From IMG/VR virus record IMGVR_UViG_2541047715_000004: a stretch of DNA of 64,000 bases; one strand, given 5' to 3'. Both the position numbers and the translations under genes were made by a program. Below are positions 29,980 to 39,424 of this stretch, piece by piece. The DNA comes from a virus. Lineage: Duplodnaviria; Heunggongvirae; Uroviricota; Caudoviricetes. Position 1 is the stretch's first letter. Each line of letters begins with the position of its first letter. The notes under the pieces were generated by a model that saw nothing but the letters and a program-made list of their open reading frames with translations, made no database searches and was not told the DNA's origin.

Positions 29980-30630
29980 TTACGCTTTGAAAGCATCAGC
30001 CAGATAGTTATAGAAATCATTTTTAATGAAGCGATATTGCTGCGTACCAGCTTTTGCGCTTCCCATTCCTTTGACTTTCTCAACAAGTCCAAGACGTTCG
30101 CAAAGATTGATCAACTGGTTGGCTTGAGTATAGCCAGCGTCCAATTTAATTTCGCACGCTTTTTTAGCTTCATTCATTAAATCGAAAACAGCGCCATTGG
30201 TGAACGTGTCGATCTCGTCGTTAATCATATCGATTAAAGCGAATACACGAGATCCTGACATATCAGCGATGGAATAAACGCATTTACCAGCTTTAATTGA
30301 TTTAACCAGATAGACCAGTTTTTCCAGTGAATAACTATTAGTCATTGCATCACGGAAAAATACTTCTGGCGCTTGTTTACTTGCTTTGATCGCATAGTAG
30401 AAAACAGAGCATAATTTTTCGTCTTCTACTGCGTTCACAACGTTGTTGATGAAGTAAGCAAGTTTAGTGGTCGCAGCTTGCATGTTTGCTTTGTCTGCTT
30501 TTGTGTGCGTACCATTTTTATAATGTTCGTTATATGTTTGAGTTGCCAGATCTGCTTTTTCGCGCAGCTCGTCGGATACAATGGCAGCAGCTTCAATGAT
30601 GGATTTTTTAGAAATGATAATGTTAGCCAT
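29980..30630 (-). CDS. hypothetical protein
   Basis: 216-aa ORF followed by the same GCGCCCACTATGGGCGC hairpin. Confidence 0.5.
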   Translation of the reverse strand: MANIIISKKSIIEAAAIVSDELREKADLATQTYNEHYKNGTHTKADKANMQAATTKLAYFINNVVNAVEDEKLCSVFYYAIKASKQAPEVFFRDAMTNSYSLEKLVYLVKSIKAGKCVYSIADMSGSRVFALIDMINDEIDTFTNGAVFDLMNEAKKACEIKLDAGYTQANQLINLCERLGLVEKVKGMGSAKAGTQQYRFIKNDFYNYLADAFKA

Positions 30631-30927
30631 GATTTTATTCCTTAGTATAAATATTAAAATTTAACTCAAGAAAGAAAGTGTTTTGCACTCGTTCCTGATG
30701 CGTTCAATTATCGATACGCGAAAAAAGATTGCAAGTGTTTTTTTAAGTTTTTTTGCAGGGATGAAAGTCTTAGAAATAAAAGCGAGATCGTCGAAGGTGT
30801 TCCCTAAATAAATAATAAATTCCGGCTTTTGACCTTATATATTTATACGGGGGAGAATTGAATGAGTGTTAAACGAATGGCATGTAAAATAATAACCGGA
30901 CTTAGCCGGTTATTACCCTTATAGAAA

Positions 30928-31449
30928 TTAAAACGGAAGGATTCGTTCAACCCAATCGAAGAAAATAAGTATTTTTCTACCGTCTTCCAACTTAAGTGTG
31001 ACTAGACAGGCGTCAACGCCATCTGACGTTCCCTCAATTTCGCGACCGTCTGCCATGTAGACCCTTATAGATTTGCCGTTTTGGTAAGCCTGACGACATA
31101 TCTTAAAAAAGTCACGACGTGATGGCTGATTAACCATCTGTTCATTGTTTAGCGTTAGTCGACCTGTGAATGAAGTGTCAACCTCTTCTATGCCCGACTC
31201 AATTGTGCTAATGCGCTCAAGAGGGAGCCTTATACGATTTGTGTTGCTAAGCGGATCTGGTGTGAGGTTCAGCTTATTTCTTGCGCTCAATAGCCCGTAG
31301 ACATACATGCAAAACACTTGGCCGTCTTCGAGAGTGACTCTTACAGGAAATTTTGCACTCCGCCAGAAGAGCAAGGTGCGCTCAGCATGTTCGTAGTCTC
31401 GCGGCCAGACTTCAGCCGGTATGCCGTAGGTGATGTCCAATGTTCTCAT
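30928..31449 (-). CDS. hypothetical protein
   Basis: 173-aa ORF, overlaps upstream gene by 4 nt. Confidence 0.45.
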   Translation of the reverse strand: MRTLDITYGIPAEVWPRDYEHAERTLLFWRSAKFPVRVTLEDGQVFCMYVYGLLSARNKLNLTPDPLSNTNRIRLPLERISTIESGIEEVDTSFTGRLTLNNEQMVNQPSRRDFFKICRQAYQNGKSIRVYMADGREIEGTSDGVDACLVTLKLEDGRKILIFFDWVERILPF

Positions 31450-32039
31450 TCTGATACTCTTAGAGGTGTTTTCAGCAACCCAAATTTAAATTCTTTGTTA
31501 CCAACGACAAAGAAGGGAACCTCAACATAGATTTTTTTATCGACGGATTTAGAGTTAGCTGTTTTATGTATGTCACGAACGATACGTTTTGAGATATTTT
31601 CATCGATAAACAATACCTTTCCACTTGTATTCCCTTCAGCCTTGGCGTAAGTAACGATAGGCTCTTCATTGCCAACCCTAATGTTTACTTGGCAACCTGT
31701 TGTAGCCATTTCATCACAGTAAAGTGTGCCGTCTTGAACTTCCAAAACAATTCCAGATGGCTTCATGGCTTCGTCAGAGCTTACATTAACGTTTTCTGGT
31801 ACAGCGGTCCCGTTAATTTGCAACCGTAATCTTTCTTTTCCTGCATTAAGTATTGTTTCTTCTGCGTTATCTGAGAATCTGAACCAGACTGGTTGAATCA
31901 GACCTCGTGATTCGTATTTTAGTACGTCTTCAGAAGTATACATGCTGTACGTTTTTTGCATGTCGGAGACGATATCTGACAACGCATTTGCGGAAAATGA
32001 CGAGAGGTATATACAAGCAAGAAGTAACGAACGTTTCAT
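31446..32039 (-). CDS. hypothetical secreted protein
   Basis: N-terminal signal-peptide-like MKRSLLLACIYLSSFSANA. Confidence 0.5.
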   Translation of the reverse strand: MKRSLLLACIYLSSFSANALSDIVSDMQKTYSMYTSEDVLKYESRGLIQPVWFRFSDNAEETILNAGKERLRLQINGTAVPENVNVSSDEAMKPSGIVLEVQDGTLYCDEMATTGCQVNIRVGNEEPIVTYAKAEGNTSGKVLFIDENISKRIVRDIHKTANSKSVDKKIYVEVPFFVVGNKEFKFGLLKTPLRVSE

Positions 32040-32219
32040 TTTTATACAGCGATTATTGCAAAGTAGAATTATAAATATCCAATAGTCTCAAACGATAAGT
32101 TTTCAACTGTAAATAGCAGACGTGTTTCTCTAAAAGCTGTGCGGCAAAGGCGTTGTTGCCGCACTCTGTCTATTAGCTCTTCAAGTCTGGCAATTCTGAA
32201 ATTGACTAAGAATCCAATA

Positions 32220-32498
32220 TTACGGCAGTTTGCTTAGAATTTGCTCTAAATCTTCCTTTGTCATATTAGAGTTCTCATAGATGCGCATGATTTTCTCACG
32301 AGCCTTAGCAGAGACTCCAACGGCAGATGAAACTTTGTCAAATTCAGCCATTGTCATCGCTTCCAGAATGGTATTGATAACTTCAGCCTTAGACATTTTG
32401 ATGTTTTTTTCTTTTAGTTTCATTTGAAACTTTCCAAGTTTGTCATTGGCCTTATCGGACAATGCCACCTGACAATAAGTTGTTTTCTTTTCGCTCAT
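32220..32498 (-). CDS. hypothetical protein
   Basis: 92-aa ORF immediately downstream of helicase. Confidence 0.4.
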   Translation of the reverse strand: MSEKKTTYCQVALSDKANDKLGKFQMKLKEKNIKMSKAEVINTILEAMTMAEFDKVSSAVGVSAKAREKIMRIYENSNMTKEDLEQILSKLP

Positions 32499-32500
32499 AA

Positions 32501-34060
32501 CTAATCTCGTTTCAGAACTCCAAAATCGAATGCGCCATCAATAGGCAATACACCTTCTGCAAAGCCAGGTGTGGTGTCGATGATGTGTTTTCGCTCATAA
32601 GAGTGAGACAACAGGTATTTGTTGCTAATGTCAATGAAATCAGTGATAAAACACACGTTTGCCTGATTTTTTTTGGCTCGTAAGCCACGACCGACACGCT
32701 GTCTCATTTCAACTTCTGCTTTCCCACCACCAGCAAGAATGACCGCACCAACGCTTGGCACATCAACACCGACATCCAGAATAGTCGAGCCTATTAAAAC
32801 ATCTATTTCTCCAGACGCTAAACTGTTCAGCTTTGCTTGCCTTGTCGCCTGGTTAGATTCCCCATAGATGAAGTCAACTCTAAGGCCGGACTCTTTCATC
32901 ATTTCCATCAGGATTTGCCCGTGGCGTTTAAGACGAACCAGAGTCATACAATTGAGAGAATGTTGCTTATAGAGCAATGCTTCGCGAACAATGGCCTCGT
33001 TACGTCCCAAATTATACACGATCCCCAACTGATAAGCCTTTTGGTAGGCGGTGCTCATACCAACTCTAAAATTGAGGTGTTTGTTGGCAAGTTCGGCCTT
33101 GATTCTGGCCTCGTCTGGCTTGTAGGCAACTTTATGATAAAGGAAGTACGGCTTTGCCAGAATGCCTCGATCAATCAGGTACTTTTCTGTGACTTTAATT
33201 TCAATTCGCCCGGCCACCGCCATCAGGCGCATGTTGGCTTCCGTCGAATCCTTCATGAACGGCGTGGCTGTAAGCGCCAGACGATAGTCTGCGTTCACAC
33301 ATAATCTGGCGATGTCATAGAAATTTGAGCCTGAAGACTCATGCGCCTCTTCCAGAATAAGAAGAGAGACACTTGAAAGGAAGCGTTTCACCAACTCCCG
33401 ACGTTTGAGGTGGTAGCTCTTTTTATCTGGTGTTGCATCGCGTGGTGGTTCTTCGAGGAAACTTGCAAGAGTTTGAACTGTAGCGACGTTGATATGTCGT
33501 GATACCTGGAACTCACCCGAGCCAATGACTCCAACCTTTTGGTCTTTTAACCACGGTTCGCCATTTTCGGCGCGGTAGTCGATGGATCTCTGGAAGTTTT
33601 CGGCCATTTGAAACATCAGAACAGAGCGGGTTGTTAAAAATAATGTCATTCGACCGATACGTGCAGCTGCTTTGCAGGCAACATTAGATTTCCCGCCACC
33701 AGTAGCGATCTGCGCAATCATCATTCCCTCTCGAACCAGTGTTTCCACAGTCTGATCCTGATACGCATAATCAGGATTGTATGGGAATGGGTTAACCGCC
33801 GGATTTGGTTTTCCAAGCGCCGGGGCTTTGTCTTTGCGGATATGAACACATTTGATGCCCGCCTTGTTCAAGTTCGCCGCTACAGGCTTGGCAAAGCCAG
33901 CAGGGAACGAGTTTTTACTCCAGTTGAACATCGTGCTTGTGCCCTTCCAGTCGCCAGTCTCGACTTCGTAGCTCAACATTTGCTGCACCAGTTGCTTTAC
34001 CTTGTCATCTGCGCCAGAAATAAGCGCATTTACTGCGTTAGATACAATCCGAACAGTCAT
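32501..34060 (-). CDS. superfamily 2 (DEAD/DEAH-like) helicase
   Basis: Walker A ATGGGKS, motif II LEEAH, motif III TATP, motif VI QRVGRGLR. Confidence 0.75.
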   Translation of the reverse strand: MTVRIVSNAVNALISGADDKVKQLVQQMLSYEVETGDWKGTSTMFNWSKNSFPAGFAKPVAANLNKAGIKCVHIRKDKAPALGKPNPAVNPFPYNPDYAYQDQTVETLVREGMMIAQIATGGGKSNVACKAAARIGRMTLFLTTRSVLMFQMAENFQRSIDYRAENGEPWLKDQKVGVIGSGEFQVSRHINVATVQTLASFLEEPPRDATPDKKSYHLKRRELVKRFLSSVSLLILEEAHESSGSNFYDIARLCVNADYRLALTATPFMKDSTEANMRLMAVAGRIEIKVTEKYLIDRGILAKPYFLYHKVAYKPDEARIKAELANKHLNFRVGMSTAYQKAYQLGIVYNLGRNEAIVREALLYKQHSLNCMTLVRLKRHGQILMEMMKESGLRVDFIYGESNQATRQAKLNSLASGEIDVLIGSTILDVGVDVPSVGAVILAGGGKAEVEMRQRVGRGLRAKKNQANVCFITDFIDISNKYLLSHSYERKHIIDTTPGFAEGVLPIDGAFDFGVLKRD

Positions 34061-34142
34061 AAACCTCTTTCCTTAGTGCCTTTTGTATGTTATTTGGCTA
34101 TTATAATAAGTAAGTGATTACTTAGTGGATTGTAGCAATAAA

Positions 34143-34823
34143 ATGGATGTAAAAATCACGATTTTGCAGGTTGATGTTGCCAACCTTCGCCCGAATACCT
34201 GGAACACCAATTCGGTTGGTGCGCAGAATTTTGAAAAACTGAAAGGTTCTATCGAAAAATTGGGCTTTTTTAAGCCAATTTTGGCTCGTGAACTTGAAGA
34301 TGGATTTTTTGAAATCCTAGGCGGCGAACATCGCTGGCGTGCTGCTATTGAGCAAGGAATTTCAACGGTTCCGGTGCTTTCTGTGGGCAAAATTAGCGAT
34401 GTCGTAGCTAAACAGATGTCACTGGTGGACAACGAGCGATACGGTGAAGACGACCAAATCGCATTGCAACGCTTCATTGAAGAAATTCAGTCAGAACTTG
34501 ACTATCAACTGTCTGAAATCGCCCCGTATGACGACGAAATCTCGATGGTTTTAGCAAAAGAGGCGGCAATCGACCTTGAAGCACTGGAGGCGTTGTCTCG
34601 TGGTAGTGATGAGCCTGTCGATACCGACAAACGAGAGAAAACCGAACGTGTGGGGGCGGAACATCAGACCATGCGCTTCAAAGTAACTTTCGATGCGTCA
34701 GATCGTGTTGCAGAAACCATAAAAAACATCATCAAAGAGCAGGCTATTAACACCGGTAATGAAATGGAGAACGCTGGTGAGGCTCTGGTGTGGCTGGTCG
34801 ACTACTACAAGGAGCGTATGTAA
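34143..34823 (+). CDS. ParB/Srx-like N-terminal domain protein
   Basis: ILGGEHRWRAA box; start set to ATG 34143 (track start is GTG 34125). Confidence 0.6.
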   Translation: MDVKITILQVDVANLRPNTWNTNSVGAQNFEKLKGSIEKLGFFKPILARELEDGFFEILGGEHRWRAAIEQGISTVPVLSVGKISDVVAKQMSLVDNERYGEDDQIALQRFIEEIQSELDYQLSEIAPYDDEISMVLAKEAAIDLEALEALSRGSDEPVDTDKREKTERVGAEHQTMRFKVTFDASDRVAETIKNIIKEQAINTGNEMENAGEALVWLVDYYKERM

Positions 34824-35491
34824 TGACCAAAAAGTTTGAAATCGTATATCGCGACCCGGCAGATCTTATTCCCTATGAGATGAATGCCAAAAAGCATGAT
34901 GAACAGCAGATCCGAGATCTGGCCGCAGCCATTAAAAAGCGCGGATTTGACCAGCCAATTACGGTCGATAAGAACGACGTAATTATTACTGGCCACGGCC
35001 GCCGTGAGGCTGCAATTTTTGCTGGACTTGAGCGCGTGCCGGTTATTGTTCGCGATGATCTGAGTGATGACGAGGTACGTGCAAAGCGCCTTGAAGATAA
35101 CCGACTTGCCAGCATTGATTACGATGCAATTAAGCTACAGAAAGAGCTTGAGTCGCTTGTTCTGGACGATATCGAGGTTTTCGGCTTCGAAGAGCGTGAG
35201 TTGAATGTTCTCGTTGGCAGTATGACAGAAGAAATGGACACCGACTCGCTAGTTATCGATCTTGGCGAAGAAACTAAACGACAGAAGGATGAACACACCG
35301 AGATCAGTCGTGAAGTTGCAGCGGAAGAAGTACGTGTTGTCGACGTATTGGGCTTTAAAACGCTCCCTGCTGGCTCTGCCATTGTTGTTGGTGATTTGCT
35401 TGCCCATATGGAAGAAATGACGGGAGAAAGCGGGGTAGACGCATTTGTGGCATATGCGGAGAAGATCTCTTCCGGGGAGATGGCTGCATGA
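34823..35491 (+). CDS. ParB/Srx-like N-terminal domain protein (second copy)
   Basis: ITGHGRREAA box; TAATG overlap with upstream gene. Confidence 0.6.
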   Translation: MTKKFEIVYRDPADLIPYEMNAKKHDEQQIRDLAAAIKKRGFDQPITVDKNDVIITGHGRREAAIFAGLERVPVIVRDDLSDDEVRAKRLEDNRLASIDYDAIKLQKELESLVLDDIEVFGFEERELNVLVGSMTEEMDTDSLVIDLGEETKRQKDEHTEISREVAAEEVRVVDVLGFKTLPAGSAIVVGDLLAHMEEMTGESGVDAFVAYAEKISSGEMAA

Positions 35492-36153
35492 GCAAATACA
35501 TCATCAACGTATCGTTTCAGACACGCGTAAATAAAACCACGCGCACGTTGGAAATCGCTGAGTCGTTCGGGCTTGGCCTGGACGAAAAAGAGTGGACGCT
35601 TTACGACAATCTGGAGCTGGAAGTGAAGCAGGGCGATGTGGTGTACATCACCGGCCAATCCGGTTCCGGCAAATCCGTTGTGCTGCGCGAGTTGCAACGA
35701 CAGATGAAGGATGAAGGGCTGTCTGTAGCCTCCATCGATGATTTTACCTTCGATAATGAGGTTAACGTCATCGATCAGTTGGGCAAAACGACCAGTGATG
35801 CGCTTGGGTTGTTATCTATGGCTGGTCTGAACGATGCATATCTGTTTGTTCGCAAGCCTTCTGAAATGTCAGACGGCCAGAAATATCGTCTCAAGATTGC
35901 CAAACTGATTGAGTCAGGCGCTAAAGTATGGGCTGCTGACGAGTTCGGCGCTGTTCTCGACCGTGTAACCGCTCAGGTTGTGGCGTCTAACCTCCAGCGT
36001 GCCGCTCGAAAGGTTGGTGCGACGGTAATGGTGGCGACGACTCACGAAGACCTGAAGAACGCGCTGCGCCCTGATATGCAGATCACCAAGCACTACAAAG
36101 AACGCGTGAAGGTGGAATATCACAATGGTAGTCATGATGAGGTCCATTCATGA
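35488..36153 (+). CDS. ABC-type ATPase without transmembrane domain
   Basis: Walker A GQSGSGKS, signature-like SDGQKYRL, Walker B VWAADEFGAVLD; ATGA overlap. Confidence 0.6.
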   Translation: MSKYIINVSFQTRVNKTTRTLEIAESFGLGLDEKEWTLYDNLELEVKQGDVVYITGQSGSGKSVVLRELQRQMKDEGLSVASIDDFTFDNEVNVIDQLGKTTSDALGLLSMAGLNDAYLFVRKPSEMSDGQKYRLKIAKLIESGAKVWAADEFGAVLDRVTAQVVASNLQRAARKVGATVMVATTHEDLKNALRPDMQITKHYKERVKVEYHNGSHDEVHS

Positions 36154-37040
36154 CGGACATCATCATTAAACGCTACCGCCCTGAAGAGTTTCCGCGTCAT
36201 CTGGACTTTCTGGAGCGAATGACTGTTACAAAGGGAACTGTAGAGGACTGGCACGCTCTTAAATCGCTTCACTACAAAACAGACGGCAAACCTTTCGCGC
36301 CAACATACTATCGCTGCGAACTGGATGACCGTCTGGTGGGCGTCGTGGTTATGGCTTACCCGAAACTTCTGCTGGCACCTCGCCATCGCATGTTTCCTAA
36401 GTTGAAACCAACTACCAATACCACCGTGGCTAACCAGTACTGGGGTCGGTACGTGAATAACAACTTTGCGGTGATCAGCCGCTCAGTTGTGGATACTCAG
36501 TACCGTGGCGTAGGCGTCTCTTATCGAATGATTAACCTGGTTAGCAGGATGCATGACCGGCCAATCATTGAGATCCAGTCATCGATGAGCAAATACAATC
36601 CCTTCGCCATGAAAGCAGGGTTTAAGTTCATCCGCCCTGAGCGACCGAAGAGCTATGAAAGTGCACTGCGTGTATTCCAGCGCCATTTCCGTTCCGACCC
36701 GGGTGATAACGAGGCGATCGTCAAAGAGTTGTTCGCAATGAGCGAGTCTCGTCGTCGCCGTGCACTGCGTGATCTGGTGGCGGACTACCACAAGAACAGT
36801 TCCCTGGCAAAAGCTGGGCGGAATCGTGGCACGACGATTCAGGACATTGCCGACAGTCTGGTGGACGAGGCCAGCATTGTGAAGCTGCTCAAGGACATTC
36901 ACAACCTGAGCTTTACGTCTCCGTTGTATGGTGTGTACCGAAACCCTGACTTTGGCCGTCGACTGCCTGACACGCTGCCACTGCTGGCATTCGACAAACA
37001 ACCTTTGGATAAACCGTTAGAAATTGCTTTACCGGCATAA
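36150..37040 (+). CDS. hypothetical protein with possible GNAT acyltransferase motif
   Basis: VISRSVVDTQYRGVGVSYRMINLV resembles GNAT motif A; ATGA overlap with ATPase gene. Confidence 0.4.
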   Translation: MTDIIIKRYRPEEFPRHLDFLERMTVTKGTVEDWHALKSLHYKTDGKPFAPTYYRCELDDRLVGVVVMAYPKLLLAPRHRMFPKLKPTTNTTVANQYWGRYVNNNFAVISRSVVDTQYRGVGVSYRMINLVSRMHDRPIIEIQSSMSKYNPFAMKAGFKFIRPERPKSYESALRVFQRHFRSDPGDNEAIVKELFAMSESRRRRALRDLVADYHKNSSLAKAGRNRGTTIQDIADSLVDEASIVKLLKDIHNLSFTSPLYGVYRNPDFGRRLPDTLPLLAFDKQPLDKPLEIALPA

Positions 37041-37049
37041 GGATTTGCC

Positions 37050-37316
37050 ATGACGTTAACCGATAAACAAAAGGACATCATCAAAACGCTCAATCTCGGT
37101 TATGAGCGAGGTCATCTACTTGACCTGGACGAATTGCTTGAAGTTTTGCCGTACAAGACAACCAAGCAAAGTATCCAGTTCTCAATTCGCGCTCTGATAA
37201 AAAAGGGGCTGGTGGAGAAAGGGCATACGCGCCAACGCAGTGACAATCGCTATCACCGCCGGACTCTTGGGTTAACCACTTTAGGTCGAGCCAAAGCGAA
37301 GTTACTGGTGATGTAA
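37050..37316 (+). CDS. small basic protein, putative DNA-binding
   Basis: 88 aa, basic C-terminus. Confidence 0.4.
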   Translation: MTLTDKQKDIIKTLNLGYERGHLLDLDELLEVLPYKTTKQSIQFSIRALIKKGLVEKGHTRQRSDNRYHRRTLGLTTLGRAKAKLLVM

Positions 37317-37340
37317 TCGGTCTGGGAGCTTATTTAAAGA

Positions 37341-37393
37341 CCTGCTTCTGTATATAAATAATAAGTAACTTATTAAATATATACGGAAGCAGG
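37341..37393 (+). repeat. second copy of long hairpin with same 16-17-bp arms as 7620-7678
   Basis: CCTGCTTCTGTATATA ... TATATACGGAAGCAGG, same arm mismatch as copy 1. Confidence 0.6.
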
Positions 37394-37454
37394 CTTCGTA
37401 AGACATGCCAGACCTAATTAAACACCCCAGAAAACAAGTTGGTTAGCAGATGCA

Positions 37455-37473
37455 GTAAACAAGTTGTTTTAGA
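37455..37473 (+). promoter_or_regulatory. family 1 palindrome (GTAAACAAGTTGTTTTA), plus half-site at 37428-37445
   Basis: Upstream of ATG 37510. Confidence 0.4.
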
Positions 37474-37509
37474 GCGCATGGACGCGCTCTGTGTGTTTTA
37501 GAGGGATCT

Positions 37510-38142
37510 ATGACGGTCGAAAAAGACGAGGTAAAAACTCGCCTGACACCAGCGGAGTGGGCCGAAGCTGAAGCCAAATGGACGTCAGGCGAATATACAC
37601 TCTCAAAGCTGGAGGAAGAGTACGGCATTCGTCGTGAAACACTCTCCAGACATTTCAAAAAGCGAGGATTAGAGAAAGGCGCGGACTCTGTTGGGAAGAT
37701 GGTTCGTGAGTCTCTTAAATCTGACGCAGAGCTTCGCGCTAAAGCCCGTGCGGAAAAGATAGAAGAACGTCGTACACGTTATGACGGCTGGGCGTATGCG
37801 TTGGGGCAGATGGTGATGGTCGAAGTCACTACGGCCAAACGTGAGGGTAAGCCTTTAGGGGCGATTGAGGATTCTCTCAAGAGCTTACAGAGAGCCAGTA
37901 ATACCCTTGCAAAATGCTTTGAAGTTTCGTCCAAAGCATTGGGCATGGATCATGCGGAAAATGACGAGGAAGAAATTCCGAACCTGGTATTTGGTGAGCT
38001 TACGCCTTCCCAGGTGGCGAAATTACGTCAGGAAGACGACGAGCCTGAAATCATCGATGACGAATTGCTTGAGACGTTGGAAGAAGAAGCTCTAAGCGAA
38101 TTTGATGCGACAGATGATGGAATTGAAGGGGAGGACGAATAA
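37510..38142 (+). CDS. putative terminase small subunit
   Basis: Directly upstream of and overlapping TerL (TAATG); helical N-terminus, acidic C-terminus. Confidence 0.5.
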   Translation: MTVEKDEVKTRLTPAEWAEAEAKWTSGEYTLSKLEEEYGIRRETLSRHFKKRGLEKGADSVGKMVRESLKSDAELRAKARAEKIEERRTRYDGWAYALGQMVMVEVTTAKREGKPLGAIEDSLKSLQRASNTLAKCFEVSSKALGMDHAENDEEEIPNLVFGELTPSQVAKLRQEDDEPEIIDDELLETLEEEALSEFDATDDGIEGEDE

Positions 38143-39398
38143 TGGCAATCCCGTCCTCGCTCAGTCTTGTGCAACTGCATTCTGGACAGATGAAAGTCTT
38201 CCAGTCTCCGCATCGATTTAAAGTTGTTTGTGCTGGTCGACGCTGGGGAAAATCCCGGTTGTCGATCTCCACTATTATTCGTGCGGCGGCAAAGGAAAAA
38301 AAGCAAAGAGTCTGGTATGTCGCTCCTACTTACCAGATGGCTCGCCAGATTTTGTGGGACGATCTACAGGAAGTTCTGCCTCGTAAGTGGGTTAGGAAAA
38401 AGAACGACACCACGATGACAATCGTGTTGAAGAACGGTTCGGAGATCGCCCTCAAAGGTGCTGATAAGCCTGACACTCTGCGCGGCGTAGCGTTGCATTT
38501 TGTAGTGCTTGATGAATTTCAGGATATGAAGGCTGACACCTGGTACAAGGTGTTACGACCTACTCTTTCATCGACACGCGGCGGTGCACTGATCATTGGT
38601 ACGCCAAAAGGCTTCTCGGAATTTCACAAACTGTGGACTATAGGCCAGAACGTAGAGCTGCAAAGAAAGGGACAGTGGAAGAGCTGGCAGTTTGTAACTG
38701 CCGATTCTCCGTTTGTACCTACGGCGGAAATTGAAGCTGCTAAGAACGATATGGACCCGAAATCGTTCGCTCAGGAGTACCTGGCGAGCTTTGAGAACAT
38801 GTCCGGGCGCGTTTACTACCCGTTCGATCGTAACGTGCATGTAAAACCGCTTCAGTTCAACCCTCGGTTGCCTATATGGGTAGGGCAGGACTTCAACATT
38901 GACCCGATGTCTTCAGTAATTTTGCAACCTCAGCCAAATGGTGAGCTATGGGCAATTGATGAATTGGTGCTCTTTTCCTCTAACACGGCAGAGGTTTGTG
39001 ATGAGCTTGAGAGACGCTTCTGGCGCTGGAAATCACAGATAACGGTATTTCCAGATCCGGCAGGTGCTTATCGCCAACATGCTCGCGGGGAGTCTGACGT
39101 CGACATATTCAAAGAGAAGGGATTCTTACGTGTCGATTATTCGAAAAAGCACCCGCCAATTGCGGATCGTGTTAATGCTGTTAACCGAATGCTGATGTCC
39201 GCATCTGGAGATATCCGGCTGTATATCGATCCGAAGTGCAAGCATTTGATTGATTCACTGGAAAAAGTCATCTACAAGCCTGGAACACGAGATATGGATA
39301 AGACAGGTGGCATTGAGCATAGTGCAGACGCATTGGGCTATCCAGTACATCGTAGGTATCCAGTCAAAAACCGTGTTATTCTTGGTGGTTCTCGATAG
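38142..39398 (+). CDS. terminase large subunit
   Basis: ATPase motif VCAGRRWGKS, Walker B VVLDEF, followed by nuclease-like region; precedes portal. Confidence 0.8.
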   Translation: MAIPSSLSLVQLHSGQMKVFQSPHRFKVVCAGRRWGKSRLSISTIIRAAAKEKKQRVWYVAPTYQMARQILWDDLQEVLPRKWVRKKNDTTMTIVLKNGSEIALKGADKPDTLRGVALHFVVLDEFQDMKADTWYKVLRPTLSSTRGGALIIGTPKGFSEFHKLWTIGQNVELQRKGQWKSWQFVTADSPFVPTAEIEAAKNDMDPKSFAQEYLASFENMSGRVYYPFDRNVHVKPLQFNPRLPIWVGQDFNIDPMSSVILQPQPNGELWAIDELVLFSSNTAEVCDELERRFWRWKSQITVFPDPAGAYRQHARGESDVDIFKEKGFLRVDYSKKHPPIADRVNAVNRMLMSASGDIRLYIDPKCKHLIDSLEKVIYKPGTRDMDKTGGIEHSADALGYPVHRRYPVKNRVILGGSR

Positions 39399-39424
39399 GT
39401 AAGTAATTATCTAAGGTTATTCAA

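Noticed and set aside
35119-35697. 192-aa minus-strand ORF
   Set aside because: Antisense to the coupled ParB-like and ATPase genes; Ser/Thr-rich low-complexity translation.
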